From Octopus vulgaris (lineage: Eukaryota), in NCBI GenBank assembly GCA_951406725.2, contig OX597837.1, positions 14,570,001 to 14,634,000 on the forward strand: DNA of 64,000 nt. Direction: 5' to 3'. The translations under genes and the position numbers were made by a program. Shown here in pieces: positions 55,235-64,000 of the stretch (position 1 is the stretch's first letter; each line of letters opens with the position of its first letter). A model generated the notes under the pieces. That model ran no database searches. It was not told the origin of the DNA and saw only the letters and a program-made list of their open reading frames with translations.

Positions 55235-55729
55235 TAAATATTTAGCCAACCAATGCGTTGACTGGTTAAATATTAAAGGAACCCCTTCCTTCAACCTGTA
55301 TGTTTATAAACATTTTCTTGAAGTTTCTCGCAGATCAATGTGTATTTTAATTATGTACACACGTCTGACGATGTGGTTTGGTTATTTTGAGTGATCATAT
55401 AAAAGCAGTTTTTTGGGGTCTTATTTATTAAGAGCCGTTTATTTGATAATATAAATTCGATCTCACCAAAAACGGTGCTTCACCTGTCCAGTCTTTAACA
55501 TAATGATTTCCTCCCATCTGATGTAATCATCGAATCCAAATGTTTAAAACTCTCAACTTCTTTTAAGGTTGTTCTATTAATTTTACTCTTGCGAATCGGT
55601 GATACCTTCTTTGAAATTGTCATGATTTTGTTTTGAATTTTTTCTTTTACTTCTACGACCATGTATAAATTTTGTATTTTAGATAAATTAGAGAATGTTT
55701 CGACGTCCCTTGGTTAAGATTATTGTACA

Positions 55730-56682
55730 AAAGTATGTTGATGTTAAGTAAATATGTACAGTGCATTGAAATGCCTTGAATTGGAGAATGTAAGTGTATA
55801 GATTTTGAATGGATAAGAACTGTGTGTTGTATAGACTGGATAAGTAGAGAGTAGGTGTTTTCGGCAGAGAGATATGCCAGGGAGATGTTCACTGAAAAGA
55901 TGCTGTGTGTAATTGTTGTCTGGATCTACATAGGGTGTAGGTTTTAATTGGATGGATACTGTGTGTAGATATTGACCGTATAAAAACGATGTGCAGATGT
56001 TAAGCGGAAAAGAAGTGTGAAGATGTTGAGCAAATAGTCAACGTGTAAATGTTAGTTACATAAGAAGAAAACGGAAGTTGATTGCAGAGACACCGTATAA
56101 TTACGAAGAGTTGATTGAACGAGAAAAGTTTATAGGCGTTCATTGGACAGACAAAATCTCGGTGTTGATAAGTACAATTTATGGATGTTGACGAGAAATG
56201 TGTGTAGATGACTCGATAGTGATGGTATTTAGAACTTGACTGGATGTAGAGAATATTTAGATGGTCATTGGATACGAACAAGGTGTGGATTTCGACGGAA
56301 TAGATGTAGTTTCTAGATACTGTTTGGATAAAATCAATATGTACATGTTGATTGAGTAAACACAATGAATAAATCTTGATTGCATTGACTCTGGACATGT
56401 TGATTGGATGGCCGAGGAATGTGGATTTTAGTTGGGCGGAGAAGACAAAGCGTAAATGTTGAACTGGATGAAAACACTGCGTAAAAGTCGACCAGATAAA
56501 GACAGCGTGTCCATGTTGACAGGACAGCTGTGCAGACGTTAAGTAGTTAGATACAGTTCGTGAAAAGATGTCGTCTGGTTAGGGACACTGTGAGGAGGAT
56601 GCTGACTAGATAAGAGAAATGTGCAGGGATTTCCTGGATAAAAACAGTGTGTAGATGTTGACTGGTTAAAAGCAATGCGTAT
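55730..56682. repeat. Highly decayed ~29-30-bp minisatellite (consensus approx. aaacagtgtgtagatgttgactggata), ~30 units
   Basis: Recurrent tagat/gttga/tggat motifs at ~30-bp spacing; best unit at 56641-56670. Confidence 0.8.
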
Positions 56683-57037
56683 CAGAGACTCTCAACCATT
56701 TTTCCCAATGGATTCCTTTGAGTCCCGTTTCACTCGCATGGGCCCTCATAGCCATTTGATGTTTTAAAACGACAATTAGATTTTTATAATTAAATATTTT
56801 TAGGAATTGTATTAAAAAATTGCTAAAATGTTTTGTGTATTGTCGAAGTATAACCGATTTATTTGAGCAAAAATGTTAACGATATATTTTTATGTGGACC
56901 ATGCAAGAGTCACGTGGACCCTGCAAGAGTCACGTGGACTCTGCAAGAGTCACATGGACCCTGCAAGAGTCATGTGGACCTTGCAAGAGTCATGTGAACC
57001 CTGCAAGAGTCACGTGGACCCTGGTTGAGATCCACTT
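56683..57037 (+). mobile_element. hAT MITE with internal 20-bp tandem expansion (56891-57022)
   Basis: TIRs cagagactctcaacc / ggttgagatccactt; ~6.5 copies of cacgtggaccctgcaagagt. Confidence 0.8.
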
Positions 57038-57150
57038 GTGTAGGTGATGGCCTGGACAGTAATCCGCCAATGGGTTTGATAAACTAAATTCAAAAGGCTA
57101 TAAAGTTCTACTTTAAGACATATTTCTGATGCATTTTGACAAATATAATA

Positions 57151-57540
57151 GGTACCGGCGTGGCTGCGTGGTAAGAAGCTTGCTTCCTAACCACATAGTT
57201 TTGAGTTCAGTTCTACTGCTGCGTGGCACCTTAGACAAAGGTCTTCTACTTTCGCCTCGGGCTGACCAGAGCCTTATGAGTTGATCTGGTAGACGGAAAC
57301 TGAAAGAAGCCCGTCATGTGTGTGTATGTATTTGTGTTTCTCCTCGCTCATCACCGCTTGACAACCGGTGTTGGTATGTTTACGTCCTCGTAACTTAGAG
57401 GTTCGGCAAAAGGCAATCGTTGGAATAAGTACAGGGTTAAAAAAAATAAGTCTTGGGTTCGATTTGTTCGACTAAAATTTTTCATGGCGGTGCTCCAGCA
57501 TGACCGTATTCAAATGTTTGAAACAAGTAAAAGAATAAAA
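57151..57540 (+). mobile_element. Full-length SINE family C
   Basis: Head ggcgtggctgcgtggtaagaagcttgc; tail gaaacaagtaaaagaataaaa. Confidence 0.9.
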
Positions 57541-57806
57541 ACATAACATTTCTAATAACGTTTACCTTTTTACCTTTTCACCTGTTAATGCAAATGGTAG
57601 TTAATAAATGCCTGCATAATTTGGAGATAATCGAACGGTGAGAGGATTTAGTCAAACTGCGAAACATCATGGCTTCCAGTTTTATTGTGAAAACATGCAA
57701 CAAGATGCAAAAATATGGATGTCTAATATTTTTTTACTCCCGAATCGGAATTAGTCGGCAACCATTTCTTCGACAAAAACTCTTCAAGATGATGTCCCAG
57801 CATGCT

Positions 57807-57881
<75 letters not shown>

Positions 57882-58059
57882 CTTTGAAGAATTTTTAGTC
57901 GAATGAATCGACCCAAGTACTTATTTTTAAGTACATATTTTACCGTTCTCTTTTGCCGAACCGCTATTTTACTAGGATGTAAACAAACAGCAACGATTCG
58001 CAAACGGTGTGGCCAACACAAACACGAGGACGCACGCACACACACACACACACACACAC

Positions 58060-58100
<41 letters not shown>

Positions 58101-58479
58101 TAATTAATCAATATAGGGTGGCAAAAAAAATTTGTAGAATTCTTTTGCCACCAGCGGCCTAGTGGGAAAAAATTAAATAGTCATAAACCATTTTTAAGTT
58201 CAACATCACAATCAAGGAACGGCCATAATAGGCCATTCACCCACTAGAAATAACAGCCAAAAGCTTTAACCGCAAAATAACGTCAATTCCGTAAACCAGG
58301 AGAAAATTGAAAAACATTTACCCTGTAATTTCTTAGACGATGCACCGTTTCATCTTCTGTTTAATGGAAAACTAACCTGATTAAATTAAATCAAGCCAAT
58401 CTACCATAGGCCCTTAGATTCATCAGTAAGAAATAGCCAAGCCGGAACAGATATATATATATATATATATACACACACA

Positions 58480-58785
<306 letters not shown>

Positions 58786-58792
58786 TACATAC

Positions 58793-58959
<167 letters not shown>

Positions 58960-59054
58960 AAATTTGCGCGGTTGGCGTACATCGATGGCTAATACGTAAG
59001 TCGAGGTAAATCTTACTGTTCATAAACACAGAATATATATATACATATATATAT

Positions 59055-59099
<45 letters not shown>

Positions 59100-59112
59100 C
59101 TTATACATAAAC

Positions 59113-59176
<64 letters not shown>

Positions 59177-59748
59177 ATAAACATATATATATATATATAT
59201 GTATGTATGTATGTATGTGAAATAAACTTTTAATATGTCTGCTTGGTGGTTTCTGTTACGTCACATAAACGTTTCTATATTTGTCTCGCAATAAAGACAG
59301 ATATTTGATCTGTTATCTGTTTGTTGTTTCTAAATTCAACCCAAACCCTGGCAACTGTTTGTTCGTTCCACCTACTCGTACGGGATGAGACGAGTGCAAT
59401 GACACGCAAAGGGGGAGCCACTGTGCAGTCGTCCACATTGGTAAAAATAGCAGCCGATTCCCCTCAAATCGTATCAATGAAACGAGAGACACATTGGATG
59501 AGGCAGAGCCAGAAGAATTCACTAAAAGTAAGGATCCAACAACACGTTGGTCCTGTGTTTGTTTGATCCGAGCTGACCTTTGAAGTTGAACAACACGAGC
59601 AACAGTAATTGGACAATAGTAATAATAATAACCACACAAAAGCTGAGAACAGAAGGGAATTTCGATGGACTTTCGGTCACCTAGAAATAGCAGTTGCACC
59701 CACATAAAATCATAGATTGCTGTCCCAAATAGGCACACGCGCGCGCGC

Positions 59749-59780
<32 letters not shown>

Positions 59781-59835
59781 GTGTGTGTAGAAATATATAG
59801 ATATTAAAAAAAAGAATATATATATCTCTTTGCTC

Positions 59836-60042
59836 TTACTCTTTTACTTGTTTCAGTCATTTGACTGCGACCATGCTGGAGCACCGCCTTTAGTCGAGCA
59901 AATCGACCCCGGGACTTATTCTTTGTAAGCCCAGTACTTATTCTATCGGTCGTCTCTTTTGCCGAACCGCTAAGTGACGGGGACGTAAACACACTAGCAT
60001 CGGTTGTCAAGCAATGCTAGGGGGATAAACACAGACACACAA

Positions 60043-60106
<64 letters not shown>

Positions 60107-60260
60107 GACGGGCTTCTTTCAGTTTCCGCTTACCAAATCCACTCACAAGGCATTGGTCGGACCGGGGCTACAGCAGAAGACACTTGCCCAAGATGCCAGG
60201 CAGTGGGACTGAATCCGGAACGATGTAGTTGGTTAGCAAGCTACTTACCACACAGCTACT
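59836..60260 (-). mobile_element. Full-length SINE family C with internal (TA)n
   Basis: Head, CORE-like region, microsatellite and tail are all present. Confidence 0.92.
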
Positions 60261-60261
60261 A

Positions 60262-60660
60262 CGGATGATCAATGTCTGCTTTTGGGTGGTGCATGTTCTT
60301 AGATGTTAGTAGTTTTCTTTTCCAGTCCAGGTGTTGGAGCTCGTAGGATTCCAATTAACGATGCTAGGATGTTAATGACTTCGATGCGATTTTTCGAATT
60401 GAGTTCAGTTTTCAGTATGATTCTTATTCTCCTGTAGTACTCCGTTCTTATTTTTTCCTTCATGGTAGCGTGTTGTATGCCATCTCATTCGTTCATCCCC
60501 AGGTATTTATAGCTTCCTTGTGGGTCAAAGTCCTTGATGGTAGTGTCAGTATCTAATTTAATGGAAGCTGTTTGCTTGAGTTTGCCTCTTACAAAAGCTG
60601 CTTTAGCACACTTGTCGAGGCCCAAACTTATCCCGATGTCATTGCTAAACTCTTTAACGC
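60262..60660 (-). mobile_element. R4/Dong-like LINE reverse transcriptase remnant
   Basis: Minus: VKEFSNDIGISLGLDKCAK...GK...YKYLGMNE*...MKEKIRTEYYRRIRIILKTELNSKNRI...KLLTSKNMHHPKAD; contains a stop codon and a deletion. Confidence 0.85.
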
Positions 60661-62318
60661 CATGGGATTTGAGTGGGTTAACGGAACCTGCATAACTGGA
60701 CCTTTTCCAGACTGTTTTTCTTCTGAAGGTGGACCTATAAAACTTTTCGCATTATCTGAAGCTTTCTACTTTTTCTCTTTTTACTTTCTTTGATATGTGT
60801 GTATATATATATATAGCCTAGCAAATTATTTGGTCTATAAATGTGTTTTAAAACTGCACCGCTTACATCACGAAAGTGCCAAATTTAAAAACATTTTTTC
60901 TCAATTCGCTTTTCGTATCTACTTCCTTGTTGCGTCGACATCTTCGTCGCCCAACCAAGTCACTGGCACATTTTTCACTGCAACTGTTTGAAGGTTAGTT
61001 CACAGCGAGCTTTTTACGTACGAACATAAGGTTCTCTTGTACTCATGTTGACTGCCTTTGATCTCTTGAAATCGGTCGTCCATCGTTTTTATCTTTGGTT
61101 ACTTCCCAGTTCCATTCCTACGTCACTTTACGACTTTAAATCTTTTATTGTCAACTTTCCAGAATTATTATTACATTTTTATTATCTTTTTTCCCTTCTT
61201 AAAAGTTAGTTCTGACTATTTTGCATACGCTTTACACCATAATCTATTTCAGTGTATGTACATTTGTGATATAAATTAATGGAAAAAAGCTTCCTGCTAT
61301 TAAGATTAGATTCTATTTTGGACGTATTGTTATAAAAGCGGATGATCACTAGTTAATGAAGATTTAGCGTTTATAAACTTATATGTATAGTTACACACAT
61401 GTACACACGTACTCACACACACGAATACATACCTATATATATTTCATATTTCATATATGTATATATACACACATATATACACATATATATATATATATAT
61501 ACATACATATACACACATATATACAGATAGAAACATATATATACACACACGCGCGCACACACAGAGATATGCGTATGTACAAATACATATACGTATACAC
61601 AAATCAAAGTATGGGATGAGAAATAAACGTATTGTTGAGTCTGAGATCATTCTCTCGTATGTATACTGACTCAGTTACCTGCCTACGTACTTTATCATAG
61701 GAATATGTGGAGAAGATATGTACATTTCGAGTCTATTGCATGAACCAGTGTGTTTATCTTGTGCAAGTCAATGAAAATAGAAACTGAAGGACGTTTCTTT
61801 TCAGTGAATTTCCTCAACTGCTCGCTAAACCTTTCACTGTTACAACGAGCAGTCCCTCACTTTTCAGAAAGCTTCAGAAAGTTTCAGAAAGCTTAAACGT
61901 ATGCCTTCTTCGTATAGCGCATTTCTAACTTTGCAGTTGATGGGTTCGTGAGGCATATTTCGCAACCATTCAACAAGTATCACTTTTGAAAGTCCTAACT
62001 GGAAAGGCGTATGCTCCTTCGCTCCTCAGTGCATCGGCCACGTCGCCTCCTTGTCTTATGAAACGTAATGTATGCTTAGGGTTGATTTATATTTTGAGTT
62101 CTGTTTTCTCCCCTTTATGAAACCAAATTTATATACAAATACACACATATATATATATGGTTATATATGTATAAATATAAATCCGTATAATTGTGTATGT
62201 ATATATATATACAGTTGAAATTTACAGAAAAACAAAAAAGGAAAACAGGTGTATGAACGACAAGCATGTGTATTAGTTTCACGCTCGGATTCGAGCCTAC
62301 GCTCTTCAACAGAAAGGA

Positions 62319-62422
<104 letters not shown>

Positions 62423-62530
62423 CAATATTTTGAAAAATATATATATATATTTTTCAAAATGTGACCTCGTGTGTACCGTTGCCGATTTTTTTCCTCTGTG
62501 TTCCCTTCTCTGGATCTTTCCTTCTGCAAT

Positions 62531-62565
62531 GTTTCCGACGAAGAGCTCCGCTCGAAACGTTAAAC
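62531..62565 (+). ncRNA. 35-nt minimal hammerhead motif with U4C core
   Basis: gttt-CCGACGA-A-gagc-tcc-gctc-GAAAC-GTT-aaac, inside a ~200-bp cassette embedded in (TA)n. Confidence 0.7.
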
Positions 62566-62659
62566 CCTCCTTCTTTCCTTCTTTCCTGAGCGTCCAATAA
62601 TACTATATTTGTTCCACGTCCTCGCGTTGTTGTGTTTTTTTGTGCTTTCTTGTTTGGAT

Positions 62660-62748
<89 letters not shown>

Positions 62749-62792
62749 GTAAATATATATATACATATATATATATGTAAATATATATATAC

Positions 62793-62847
<55 letters not shown>

Positions 62848-62850
62848 TAT

Positions 62851-62897
<47 letters not shown>

Positions 62898-63251
62898 ATG
62901 CATTTATATATGCACATAACATACAGGCATACATACATACTAAGATGCCCAGCAATATGCAACTCTGATTTTATAAACACACTTTAAGTACAATGTAGTG
63001 TTTTTCCTTTATTCAAGATGGCGTTAAAGAGGCCACCAAGTAGAGATGAAGTCAGAAGCGTAATGCAGGAAGGAGTCGTAAAAGCATTACCGTTGGACGA
63101 CATACTGTTCGACAAAAGTTACTCAGTTAACTTATCTACGTATAAATACATATTCATAGATTGATAAACAAACAGATAGACAGATAGATAGACAGACATA
63201 TATATATATGCGTATAGATAGATAGGTAGATAGACAGAGAGAGAGAGAGAA

Positions 63252-63296
<45 letters not shown>

Positions 63297-63299
63297 TAT

Positions 63300-63376
<77 letters not shown>

Positions 63377-63504
63377 CCTTGACGAGGTCATCTTCAACTT
63401 TCATTTTGGCGCCGATAATTAAAATTGCAGTAAAATACAGAGATTGATCTCTTTCTTTCTCTCTGTCTCTCTCTCTGTCTCTCTCTCTCAGACTCTCAGT
63501 CTCT

Positions 63505-63570
<66 letters not shown>

Positions 63571-64000
63571 CACAACGAGAAACTCACAGACCCGCAGCCA
63601 CCAGACTTGATCATTAGTACCTGACACAAACTAGTACTTTTTACAGTATATCATTAAGAAACTTGTATCCTTTATACTAATATTCAGGCATCAGTATTTC
63701 ATTTAATTATTGAAGTAAACTCAATATTTGTTTAACTTGACCAAAGTGAACATCCTTGATTCGGAAAAAAAACAGTAATCCAGAAAGTTTGGAACCAAAG
63801 GATTCGGAAAACCAATGGTGTACCTCTACAAGAATACAAACAAGTTCGTTCGCAATATTGCAGTGGGAAATCATTTCTAGAATTGACTTGCTTCTTGCAA
63901 AATATTACATGAACGCCATTAGGGATAATTAAACAACAAACTTCATTAATCTTCTCAAATATATGATATGACATTTTGTGTAACTTCAATCTTTAGTTAT

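Overview
AT-rich, repeat-saturated animal DNA, probably a long intron or intergenic region. The SINE families, (TA)n/(CATA)n/(ATT)n load and LINE relics strongly resemble Octopus (coleoid cephalopod); this is recognition, not a database match. I find no intact host protein-coding exon. Nearly all listed ORFs are microsatellite read-throughs, and the only real protein signal is decayed retroelements (Penelope-like RT and GIY-YIG endonuclease, R4/Dong-like and RTE LINEs) plus a mariner scrap. Two hidden layers stand out. (1) About a dozen type I hammerhead-ribozyme motifs (CUGANGA...GAAAC-palindrome-GUH), intact to decayed, lie on both strands. Several sit in fold-back cassettes within (TA)n tracts, and one lies just 3' of a Penelope GIY-YIG remnant. 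Variants include a recurring U4C core, a minimal AACGUU helix III and long helix-II inserts. (2) Ten perfect CRE palindromes (TGACGTCA) occur, with RFX X-boxes beside several CRE or CRE-like sites and one ETS-CRE composite, suggesting CREB/RFX enhancer or promoter modules. All structures were read by eye. Motif coordinates are close to exact; element boundaries are approximate.
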